Notes under the pieces: model-generated
What the model was told of the DNA's origin: nothing
Seen by the model: only the letters and a program-made list of their open reading frames with translations
The model's database searches: none
Program-made: the position numbers and the translations under genes
NCBI RefSeq assembly: GCF_006345805.1
Contig: NC_043018.1
Coordinates: 9,300,001-9,364,000, forward strand
Length of the DNA: 64,000 nucleotides
Reading direction: 5' to 3'
DNA from: Octopus sinensis
Taxonomy: Eukaryota
Part shown: piece by piece, positions 13,104 to 24,149 of the stretch
How positions within the stretch are numbered: position 1 is the first letter of the stretch
Layout of the letters: each line of letters starts with the position of its first letter

Positions 13104-13815
13104 CTAAATAAACATGGAAAGAAGGAAAAATAATAGATGTTCCGTTTATAAAGCAGAGGTGGGACATATCGGCTCTGTACAATATCATAATCTTTTTATG
13201 GGTGTTCTTTCCATGGCTCAGGTTCAGTCAAGGAGGCAACCTTGAAAGATAAAAACTAACAACAATACATGTGTGGTAAGTAGCTTGTTTACCAACCTCA
13301 TGGTTCCGGGTTCAGTCCCACTGCATGGCACCTTGGGCAAGTGTCTTCTACTATAGCCTCGGGCCGACCAAAGCCTTGTGAGTGGATTTGGTAGAAGGAA
13401 ACTGAAAAAAAGCCCATCGTATATATGTATATATATATATATATGTGTGTGCGTGTTTGTGTGTCTGTGTTTGTCCCCCTAGCATTGCTTGACAACCGAT
13501 GCTGGTGTGTTTATGTCCCTGTCACATAGCGGTTCGGCAAAAGAGACCGATAGAATAAGTACTGGGCTTACAAAAGAATAAGTCCTGGGGTCGAGTTGCT
13601 TGATTAAAGGTGGTGCTCCAGCATGGCCGCAGTCAAATGACTGAAACAAGTAAAAGAGTAAAGAGAGCTGAATCCTGACTATTTAAATTTTATCGATATC
13701 AAAGACACTGTAGATAGACCGAGTCCGAGGAGCATTGGACAGCTGGCCAAGATGTTGGTCATTTGGTGCTTGTCATTGCTACTGGGTTGTGTACATGCAT
13801 ACATACACATTCATT

Positions 13816-13896
13816 AGCTTACAGCTGTTTCGGCTGTAATAAACTGTGCACCCAGAGGTGAGTGCCAGAACAACATTTTATGACTTCATCAGAGCC
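13816..13896 (-). ncRNA. Minimal type I hammerhead ribozyme motif (sense to the EGF-TOM1 pre-mRNA)
   Basis: Minus strand: GGCT-CTGATGA-...-GAAA-CAGCTG-TA-AGCT; core intact, stem II degenerate. Confidence 0.65.
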
Positions 13897-13916
13897 TTAG
13901 CATGAAGTCATGTTAA

Positions 13917-13990
13917 GGCTCTGATGAAGGTATATCATTCTGGCACTCACCTCACGTAACAGTTCCTTATAGCTGAAACAGCTGTAAGCC
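13917..13990 (+). ncRNA. Minimal type I hammerhead ribozyme motif
   Basis: GGCT (stem I) - CTGATGA - AGGTATA...TATAGCT (stem II, long loop) - GAAA - CAGCTG (palindromic stem III) - TA - AGCC (stem I); predicted cut after GUA at 13986. Confidence 0.8.
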
Positions 13991-14629
13991 AATGGATGTG
14001 ATTATATTACTCCTGTTCTGTTACTCAATAATTAATGTGTTTGGTGTGTTGTACGTACGTATGTTTATGCACAACTCAGTAGCAAAGACAAAATACAAAC
14101 GACCAGCCTCCTGGTCTTCCTGCAGTGTCTTTGATAATTATTAAGTTTAAATAGACAGGACTCAGCCATGTACTACAGTAGAGACACACACACAAACAGG
14201 CTTCTCTCAGTTTCTCTCCATTAAATGGGCTTACAAAGAATAAGTCCTGGGGTCAATTTGCTCGACTAAAGGCAGTGCTCCAGCATGGCCACAGTCAAAT
14301 GACTAAAACAAGTAAAAGAGTATATATATATATATGTTTATAAGTGTGTTTAGAAAGAGAGAGAGAGAAGGCATGTGGCCCAGTGGTTAGGGTGTTGCAC
14401 TCATGATCAGAAGATCTTGGTTTCGATTCCCAGACCAGCAGTGCATTGTGTGTTCTTGAGTACCTTCATGGTTTGGTCAGCTTGGGGCTATAGTAAAAGA
14501 CACTTGCCCAAAGTGCCACGCAGTGGAACGGAACCCATTATCATGGGGTTCGGAAGCAAACATTTTAACCAAAACTGCATCCATCTGTTCTCTTTATGTC
14601 TGTCCATCTATTAACCTGTTTATCACTAT

Positions 14630-14935
14630 GATCATGGTGACCGACCAGGCCATCAGATGTTGCTAAACATCGCTGGTCACAGTGCGCTTCGCATTGTTTT
14701 AGTCTTCAAACGATGCCACCCCACTGGCTAAGCGAGCAGGCCAACAGAAGAAAGAGTGAGAGAAAGTTATGGCGAAAGGGTACAGCAGGGATCGCCTTCA
14801 CCCCCTGCCGGAGCCTCGTGGAGCTTTCAGGTGTTTTCGCTCAATAAACACTCACGACGCCTGGCCTGGGAATTGAAACCGCGATCCTCCAAACGCAGGT
14901 CCGCTGCCCTAACCACTGGGCCATTGCACCTCCAC
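14630..14935 (-). mobile_element. tRNA-derived SINE family C (also 10555-10858 and partial 35895-35990)
   Basis: Minus-strand head TGGAGG..CAATGGCCCAGTGGTTAGGGCAGCGG...GGTTTCAATTCC; shared body. Confidence 0.8.
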
Positions 14936-15036
14936 AACCTGTTTATATTCATCTTTATTCATCTTTGCTTCTCCGTTCACGTGCAAATATCTTTAAAGGA
15001 GAAAAAGAAAGTGAGAAAAAGGAAAGAGTTACATAC

Positions 15037-15174
15037 CTTTGTAAAGAAGTAGATGGCTCTGATGGCTGTGGCACACAGTGTGAGGGCGTACAACATCTTT
15101 TGGGTTGTGATCTTAAAAGCACTCCACAAGGACTGCTTCTGTTCTCGGATGTACTGGGACCAAATACAGATACA
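15037..15174 (-). CDS. EGF-TOM1-like protein exon 3 (CICIWSQYIREQKQSLWSAFKITTQKMLYALTLCATAIRAIYFFTK)
   Basis: TTTGCCAG acceptor, GTATGT donor, 138 nt, phase 0/0; TTQK...R motif resembles plant TOM1 (WTTQKVFH...VRA). This frame is not in the ORF track. Confidence 0.85.
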
Positions 15175-15290
15175 CTGGCAAATATGATAGAGAACATTGT
15201 GTAACTAATCTGATGATGCTGGGGATTAGTGGTTATTTTACATAGGCATACAGACACACACACATATACATGCACACACACACAGACGTG

Positions 15291-15326
<36 letters not shown>

Positions 15327-15328
15327 TA

Positions 15329-15726
15329 GGAGTGGCTGTGTGGTAAGTAGCTTGCTTACCAACTACATGGTCCTGGGTTCAGTCCCACTGCGTGGCACCT
15401 TGGGCAAGTGTCTTCAACTATAGCCTCGGGTCGACCAAAGCCTTGTGAGTGGATTTGGTAGACGGAAACTGAAAGAAGCCCGTCGTATATATGTATATAT
15501 ATATATATGCATGTGTGTGTATATGTTTATGTGTCTGTGTTTGTCCACCCAACATTGCTTGACAACCGATGTTGGTGTGTTTACGTCTCCGTAACTTAGC
15601 GGTTTGGCAAAAGAGACCGATAGAATAAGTACTAGGCTTACAAAGAATAAGTCCTGGGGTCGATTTGCTCGACTAAAGGCGGTGCTCCAGCATGGCCACA
15701 GTCAAATGACTAAAACAAGTAAAAGA
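15329..15726 (+). mobile_element. tRNA-derived SINE family A (other copies ~1141-1450, 2007-2318, 5998-6160, 9032-9400, 13271-13665, 19646-19780, 25474-25866)
   Basis: A box TGGCTGTGTGG, B box GGTTCAGTCCC, internal (TA)/(TG) tract, shared body. Confidence 0.88.
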
Positions 15727-16071
15727 GTATATATATATATGTTTATAAGTGTGTGTGTGTGTATGTTTAGAAAGAGAGAGAGAAGGCATGTGGCCCAGTG
15801 GTTAGGGTGTTGCACTCATGATCAGAAGATCTTGGTTTCGATTCCCAGACCAGCAGTGCATTGTGTGTTCTTGAGCAAAACACCTTCATTTCACATTGCT
15901 CCAGGCCACTCAGCTGTAAATAGATAACCCTGCAATGGACCGGCGTTCCATTCAGGTAGAATGTTCACCTGCCCGCCTACCTAGCCAGAGGGTGACATCA
16001 TTCAAAGTGAGGGAAAGGAGAATGAGGAGGAGAGAGGTGCTGGTGTTCATGATGATGATGATGATACTTAC

Positions 16072-16173
16072 TAGTTGTACCAAACAAACAAAAGCCAAAA
16101 CAACGAAGATGGAACCAAATGCCAAATAGTAGTCTTTGTTGTTTTCTCTACAGGAACCTCCACGGAATTGTAC
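16072..16173 (-). CDS. EGF-TOM1-like protein exon 2 (VQFRGGSCRENNKDYYLAFGSIFVVLAFVCLVQL): last EGF Cys + TM1
   Basis: TTTTTTCCAG acceptor, GTAAGT donor, 102 nt, phase 0/0; completes the EGF motif in frame. Confidence 0.88.
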
Positions 16174-17039
16174 CTGGAAAAAATACCCCATTAAACAATT
16201 TAACAGTGTTGTAAAAACTACAGGAATTTAGCATCAAGGAACTGGTATTGGCATTGGTAAAGGTGGTACCTCTTACTCCACCACACAGTACCTTTTATCC
16301 TACACAATACAGGTACATTTTATCCTAATATATATTTCTTTACTACCCACAAGGGGCTAAACATAGAGGGGACAAACAAGGACAGACAAAGGGATTAAGT
16401 CGATTACATCGACCCCAGTGCGAAACTGGTACTTTATATATCGACCCCGAAAGAATGAAAGGCAAAGTCGACCTCAGCGGAATTTGAACTCAGAACGTAA
16501 CGACAGACGAAACTGGTACTTTATTTATCGACCGCGAAAGGATGAAAGGCAAAGTCGACCTCAGCGGAATTTGAACTCAGAACGTAACGACAGACGAAAC
16601 TGGTACTTTATTTATCGACCCCGAAAGGATGAAAGGCAAAGTCAACCTCGGCGGAATTTGAACTCAGAACGTAACGGCAGACGAAATACGGCTACGCATT
16701 TCGCCCGGTGTGCTAACGGTTCTGCCAGCTCACTGCCTTATCCCAATATAGAATAACAGGATATGAACTACCAACCGCTTGGCTGGTTGTCTGGTATCTT
16801 ATCAACTCAGCCATCTGCATTCTCTAAGACAACACAGACAGGTGACATGAAGTCACTTGCAAAACACACTCCAATTGCTGACCTACTGGAGTCTTGTCTC
16901 TTTTCTTTCTCTCTCACTTCGTCTATCTTTACTTGTATTGAAGTGACCTGTCTTCCTCAGAGCTCACTCGTCCCCAGCCACACTCACTAAGACACTCACT
17001 CATTTGAGTGTCTTAGTGATGGCTTATTGAGGTCTAAAT

Positions 17040-17573
17040 TTCCTTCTAGAGATGTTTCCTTGATTGATTTCTATGTAAAATATATTTTTCCAAGTGGGAA
17101 GTATACCAACTTAGTGAATCATGCAAAAAAGATGGCATCTTTGTTTGGAATCCCTTATTAGTGCAAGCAATTATTTACCAAACTGAAGCAAAGAACAATT
17201 TGAGAACAAGATTAACTGGTAACCAACCATCTTGATAATATTTTGCTCTTGGCATCAGCAAGTTTGAAGCCTAATATTGAGAAGCTTCCAAGGAACAAAA
17301 AACATTGAGTTTCCCATTAATTTTTTGGCTGCTATGTATTTTTAAGATTTTTTAAATGATTCCAACGATGTCTTAAATTGAATAAATGATATTTTTCCAT
17401 TACTACATTCATCTGTAGTTAATACAAATTATTTTAAAGTATAGTCAACATTTGTGATTAATTTTTAGCTTGTGTAATTTTCCTTGATTCTTCTTTTATG
17501 GCCTTTGTCCAGCCCACTATCTGTCATTAATACTGAATCCGGCCCGTGGAGGCAAAGAAGTTGCCAACCATTG
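17040..17573 (+). mobile_element. hAT transposon 3' fragment (GTF2IRD2/SPIN-like transposase C-terminus + TIR)
   Basis: Degenerate KMASLFG..Y.C.QLF..LK...RTRLT..HLDNILLLASASLKPNIEKL...VSH*; ends ...GTTGCCAACCATTG. Confidence 0.7.
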
Positions 17574-18330
17574 ATCTAAAGGGAGTTGTTCTCCAGAGAC
17601 TAACTCCAACAGCAAATAACATTTTCACAGCCAAGCCTACCCGAACAAGTTAGGAACAAATGTAAACATCATTGTTTTCTTTTTATTATTACTGTTTTGT
17701 GTATTCATAATAATTTAAAATATTAATTAATATTGCAATATTGAATATAGATTCCTCTATCAATCTTGCAAACTCTACTTAAAGGTCAGAGGTTAAGAGT
17801 TCAGTTCTTCTTTGTCTAAGTCATAAAAAATATTAAAAAATCAATTTTTAAAAAGTGGTTAAGATGGATAACACCTCTTGCTTATGAAGTAGAAGACATT
17901 TGCCCAAGGTGCTTTGCAGTGGGACTGAACCCAGAACCATGTGGTTGAGAAGCAAACTTCTTAATTACACAACTAAGCCAGCATCTACAGTCATGCCTAA
18001 AAGTCTACAGCACATCCTTGATGCACCTCAGTGCACTGAGATGCACAATAGAGCATCAAAGTGCACCATATGTGACACATCACTGCACAAATGATTCTGT
18101 TCATTCATTTATTTCACACAGACATTGATCATAACCCCAACTAATTTCTTATTAGTTGCAGAGTACTTTCATTGAATAATTGTCTGAATTAACAAATCAA
18201 GACATGTCTTATGAGGTTCACCTTTTAAGATATGATAAAGCAAAAAGAAGCTCTGGATATTGTTTGCAATGTGCTGGGTGGTGAGGTAGGGCAAGAAGAA
18301 AGGGGTGAAGAGTATTTGGAATGAACTTAC

Positions 18331-18465
18331 CAAACAAAGGCATTTGCCATCGTTACAGATTCCATGGCCAGAGCAGTTCAATGGACAATGTACCATGTTG
18401 CTCTGGAATGTTGAGATGTGATCTCTGATTATACTTGTCCAATGTCGTGTAAGCAGTGACGTCAT
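18331..18465 (-). CDS. EGF + THH1/TOM1/TOM3-type multi-TM protein, first coding exon (MTSLL...CPLNCSGHGICNDGKCLCL)
   Basis: ATG at 18465 with an in-frame stop shortly upstream; 135 nt; GTAAGT donor at 18330-18325, phase 0; carries 5 of the 6 EGF cysteines. A likely acceptor (TTTCAG) at 18521 would make 18520-18466 5' UTR. The start could alternatively be the Met of MVHCP. Confidence 0.75.
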
Positions 18466-19033
18466 TGTCTTTACAGCAAGCTACCACCTCTACTTTCAAA
18501 CAAAGTTTAAGATCGGAAGTCTGAAATATATGTGAAAATAATAAAAAATAAAAAATTAGTATCTGAAATCAGCAATGTCATTATTTTATTACAGTATTTC
18601 TGTTGAAGCAACACACAGCTTTTGTTTCACTTTATCCCGAAAACAAAGCAGAATTTAATAAAAACAACTTGGTCATCATTAGGTTGGTGTTTTGGAACAT
18701 AAATTAACATGCAATTTTAATGGAAGGTTTTAATTTAGAACAATTTAAACTGGAACTTTGTATCACAGAAACAAGGGGCAGTTGCAGGAAGGTTTGTATT
18801 AAAAGGGTTAAGGTCTACTTTTCCATGCTTGTATGCATCAAACAGAATGTCAAGGCAGAATTTTCTACAGCCAGATGTTTTTTCTACCATCAGCTCCAAC
18901 TTGTTTCCAAGCAAGGGAATAATCTCCCAGTCCACTGAACAACAAATGACCTGGACAAAATTTTGTTACGGACTCCAGGCAACTCCATTGTTTACAACCA
19001 GTAAGCACATGAGGAATATGAACCCACATTATA

Positions 19034-19470
19034 CATTGGGTTGTCCAGAAAGGTCATGCTGGTTTTTAGTCGTTCATGTTTCAACACGTTAAATTTATCG
19101 ACACATATAATATGCTTAGACTTCCGGTTAGTGTACACTTCAAACTGTCTCTCAAGAAAGAAAGTTTAAAATTACTTAATTCATGTCAGTTTTACATCCC
19201 AATAAAAATGGAAGATTATAAGGTGCATTTTAGACACTTGATGCTGTTTTATTACCATAAAGTCAAAAATGCCTAACAAGCAACAAAAAAGATAAGTGCT
19301 GTGTATGGTGATGGTGCTTTAGTAGACAGAACTGTATGGAAGTGGTTCACTAAGTTTAGAGTTGGTGACTGTAGCCTTATTGATGAAGAATGCTGAAGCA
19401 GACTCCCCACTTCTGATGACGACCAAATCAAGACACTGATTGAGAATAACTCGCATTGCACAATGCGGGA
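19034..19470 (+). mobile_element. Mariner 5' fragment (TIR + HTH N-terminus)
   Basis: MEDYKVHFRHLMLFYYH...VYGDGAL..RT..KWF.KFR.GD.SL pattern with stops. Confidence 0.75.
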
Positions 19471-20594
19471 ATCTGCCATTACGTTCTGAGTTCAAATTCT
19501 GCCGAGGTCGACTTTGCCTTTCATCCTTTCGGGATCGATAAATTAAATACCAGTTACACGCTGGGGGTCGATGTAAGCAACAATCCTTTTATCTGCCTTT
19601 GTTTGTCTCCTCTATGTTTAGCCCCTTGTGGGCAATAAAGAAATAAGAAGCTTGCTTCCCAACCATATGGTTCCATGTACAGTACCACTGTGTGGAACCT
19701 TGGGTGTCTTCTACTATAGCCTCGGGCGAACCAAAGCCTTGTGAGTGGATTTGGAAAACAGAAACTGTAAGAAGCCTGCCACATATATATATATATATAT
19801 ATATAATATTCTTGTCATTCACCCGCGGCCATTCTAGAGCATTACTTTGAAAGAATTTAGTTGAACAAATCAACTTATTTCTTAAGGCTAGTATTTATTG
19901 TCTTTTGTTGAACTGCTAAGTTACAGGGACGTAAACACTGGCTGTCAAACAGTGATAGGAAATGGGGGACAAACACGGACACTAAGACATACACAGATAT
20001 ATACAAGGTTATTCAAAAAATATGAACTGATTTCATTACGCAATGTTTTAATAAGGAAAAGTAATAGAAAATTCCAGCGAAGTCCTGGGGTCACTCCTGT
20101 GCCTATGCACACAGTCATTCCTGCGCCTATATATTTAATTATTTTGTGTATATGTGTGCTTCTTTTTCGGATATATGAACCACTGACGTTATATATGGTG
20201 GGGGAGGAGGATCTTTATGTCTATGTTTGTCCCACCCTCACCGCTTAACAACTGGTGTTGATGTGCTTACGTCCCTGCAACTTAACGTTTCGGCAAAAGA
20301 AACCGACAGAATTAGTACCAGGCTTAAAATAAGTACTAGGGGCGATTCATTCGACTAAAAAAAAAAAAATCAAGGCAGTGCCCAAGCATGATCACAGTTT
20401 CCAATAAGGCTTTGGTCAGCCAGGGGCTATCATAACAGACACTTGTCCAAGTTCCACACAGTAGAACTGAACCTAAAACTAGAAGCGGCAAATCAGCAGA
20501 CTCGTTAGGGCAAAGGACAAAATACCTAAACAACAAAGGAGCAATTAAAGAAGATATAGAATAAAACAAGAATTTTTTTCAGTTGTAGGGCCTC

Positions 20595-20995
20595 GGATCT
20601 TTTCGGTTTGAATGGCAGTTTTTAACATAATTTCTAGGTAACTAAACACTTTTAAACTTCGTATACTGGTAGAATGTGTTTATAAAACATCTTTTTCTCT
20701 TGGCTTTATTGAGAAAATTCTATAGTTTGTAGGATATTTGTTGTTTTTTTTCTTCAATTTCTGCAATTTCAACCAATCAATGACGTCTATTGAAGTAAAA
20801 AAAACATTCTGTGCCGTATGAATATGTCCCTCATTTAAGAAACAGATTGGGTTTATTTACATTTGTGAAGAAAAAAAGATACCCCTAACCCTAAAACAGA
20901 TTGAAATGCAATAGATCGATACTAGGGTCATAATTATGGGTGACAATTTCATATGACACCGCTAGAAAAAACTGCCGTTCAAACCGAAAAGATCC
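20595..20995. mobile_element. Same MITE family
   Basis: TIRs; TAGGGCC present on both flanks. Confidence 0.9.
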
Positions 20996-21374
20996 TAGGG
21001 CCATTCTGTAAATCACAAATTATTATTATTAGCATATTTTTACAGGAAGAAAAGAAAGTAAAAAAACATTAAAAGTATAATAGTTCAAATTGTCGAAAGA
21101 GAGAAAAACCCTAACTACTTCACCAAAGAAAAAGAAAAAAAAGATGGGGTATGAAGCAGAAGATGGAAGAGTGGTTAGGAACAGGTTGTACACCTGAGAA
21201 CAATTGGCGGGTTCAGCCGCACCCCGCGTATATGATTGCTAAAGGCGTTGCCGCGGAGAATTGCCTAAGTCACTCATTGCAACAGCCATCCCACCACATT
21301 TCTATAAACTTTAAACTTTATTGTCGTTATGCACAAGTATTGTTATTTAATTAGCGATGTTAATATACCATATT

Positions 21375-21782
21375 GGATCTTTTCGGTTTGAACGGCAGTT
21401 TTTTCTAGCGGTGTCATATGAAATTGTCACCCATAATTATGACCCTAGTATCGATCTATTGCATTTCAATCTGTTTTAGGGTTAGGATTAAGGGTGGGGG
21501 GAAGGGTATCTTTTTTTCTTCACAAATGTAAATAAACCCAATCTGTTTCTTAAACGAGGGACATATTCATACGGCACAGAATGTTTTTTTTTACCTCAAT
21601 GGACGTCATTGATTGGTTGAAATTGCAGAAAAAAACAATTATCTTACAAACCATAGAATTTTCTCAATAAAGCCAAGAGAAAAAGATGTTTTATAAACAC
21701 ATTCTACCAGTATACGAAGTTTAAAAGTGTTTAGTTACGTGGAAATTATTTTTAAAAACTGCCGTTCAAACCGAAAAAATCC
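21375..21782. mobile_element. Same MITE family, flanked by a 41-bp direct duplication
   Basis: TIRs; duplication at 21334-21374 and 21783-21823. Confidence 0.9.
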
Positions 21783-24149
21783 CAAGTATTGTTATTTAAT
21801 TAGCGATGATAATATACCATATTTGATGACATAAACCGACGGGTATATAAGTCGTACGCCAATTTCAGCTGCACAAATTAAAAATGAAAAAAGGGCTTTT
21901 AGTTCATTAAGGTATGTAATATCTAAAACAACTTCGCATTGGGACCTGGGGTAATATTTTTGAAAAAGTGTCTTATATGTCATCATATACGCTTTGTACA
22001 TAAAAATAAAGATCGCCAATATGTGACATTGTTTTCCCAAGACATTTTTCGTAACTAAAACTGTAGCTTTTTCAGAACATTTTTTTACTATTGGTTTTAT
22101 TTCCGTTCAACTATTCAAGCTAGACACCAACCACAATTCCTCTAAATACGCATGAAGGACTCACTAACAATATGGACCCAACCTCTCTTCTTCTCATTAA
22201 CTTTTCAAATCATCGTGATAAAGACAGTATAATATTCGTCAATTTTACAGTGTTGTTTATATCAGTGGAATTATGAAAGAGCTAGGCTTCTATGTGGCTG
22301 CTGGAATTATTAGAAAAGCAGCAAAATCTCTCTAAAAGCACAACGCTACGGTCTTGAACAAGTCTGAACACATTATAAAATTGTAGACCTCGATAGACTA
22401 CATCTGGAAATAAGACTGGAATGTCTTTGATCGTAAGTCTACCCATTTAAAGAAGGCTTGCTGTTAAACAACAATCATCTATTTAGAAATAATTATATCG
22501 TCTCAGGCACCAAAAAAGTGAAACAGTGATCTTGTTTACCCTCATCTCAAGCTGTCCAAGAGCCCCCTATTGAGGCCTAAATTTACAGCTAGATTTAATA
22601 CATATGGTTGAATTATATTTAAGCCGAGGTCGACTTTGCCTTTCATCCTTTCAGGGTCGATAAATTAAGTACCAGTTACGCACTGGGGTCGATGTAATCG
22701 ACTAAATCCCTTTGTCTGTCCTTGTTTGTCCCCCTCTATGTTTAGCCCCTTGTGGGTAGTAAAGAAATATATATTTATTTATCCATAACCCACTCCGTGG
22801 AACTTTGATAATTATGAGATTAAGTGTTTTGGCTCGAGGCCCAAGTTCCGACGAAACACACATCCTCAGCCCTCAACGTGTAAACAAGGATGTAATAATC
22901 CATTTGCTTAAATTTTTTTTCAACAAAACATCATTTCTTCGAGAAAAATAATGAAAATAATGTCGTGTAATAGAATGGTTTCGAATTTTGGCACAAGGCC
23001 AGCAATTTTACAGGAGGAGTAAATAGATTACATCAACTCCAGTGTTCTTCTGGTCCTTATATTATTAACCCTAAAAAGAGGAAAAGCAAAGTCGACCTCA
23101 GAGAAATTTAAACTCAAAATATAATGCAGTAGTAATAATAATAATGATTTCTATAAAAAGCATTAACATATTACTCTTTCACTTTCTATAATTATACTAA
23201 ACCACAGATTACATAGCGAAGGTAAAGAATACGCACACCACCTGTTGTTGGCGGTTAGGGATAAGGTTAGGATCAGGTTTGCGGTTACCCCGAAGATGGG
23301 TGCTGTGCGTATTCTTTACCTCCGCCAGATTAAATTATTAATTAATACATTTCATTAATTTTTTTTTTATGATTTATACTTTTCGAAAAATTCTAATTAA
23401 TACGTATTCAATGTTTTCGTTTCTTTAATTGCGTAGTGTCTATCCTATTTTATATTTTAAATGCAGGGTGTTTTGTACAGAATAATGGGTTTGTGGGCCA
23501 TGAACTCTACACAACAATTACGAGAAACAATTGACTTTATGGCTGTTTGTCCAATTCCCTAGTGACCAAACCATTTACACAAACCTCGAACATATATATA
23601 TATATTTCAAAAATTAAACACACACAGACACGCATTAAAGTGTAAGTTTTCATTAAACGAAAAACATTGTAGAAACCTTAACAAAATATGAAACTGAAAG
23701 GATTCAACTATAAAGTGGTATCCCAGATTGAGAGGAGGGAGAAATTGTTTTAAAAACACAAAAAATATCTTGCCTTATTGTTATATTTGAGCATGTATGG
23801 TGCTACTTTCCATGTTAACAAATACCTCGGTTTGATAACACTGGATTTATCTGTTTAGATAATTTAAATGTTCTCTACATTTATAAATAGACACGAGGTA
23901 CAAAGTCCACTAGGCCTTCCAGCTGGTTTTCCCTTTCTATCTCTCTCTCTCACACACACATCTGTATGTCTGTGTATACAATCACACAATTTATTAAAAT
24001 AGTTCACGAAAGTTCGAGATTACAGCTCAACGAAAAGAGTCAGTCTGTGTGTGTGTGTGTGTTTTAAATAACTTAGAGTAGAACAAGTGTTTCAATATGC
24101 TAAAAGACCTAGAACAACCACAAAGCATAAACAAACGCATAACACTCCG

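Noticed and set aside
11356-13188. Long ORFs (610, 512, 356, 223 aa) over the TG minisatellite and GAA tract
   Set aside because: Low-complexity translations of repeats lacking stops; only the embedded exons 4 and 5 are real coding sequence
15329-15410. tRNA genes at SINE heads (here and at other copies)
   Set aside because: A/B boxes present but no complete cloverleaf, and each continues into a shared SINE body
16418-16756. 112-aa ORF with three peptide repeats
   Set aside because: Antisense translation of a triplicated SINE segment
18169-18465. Tenascin/teneurin call for the EGF motif
   Set aside because: Single EGF that splices directly into a multi-TM protein; no EGF array or FN3/NHL exons
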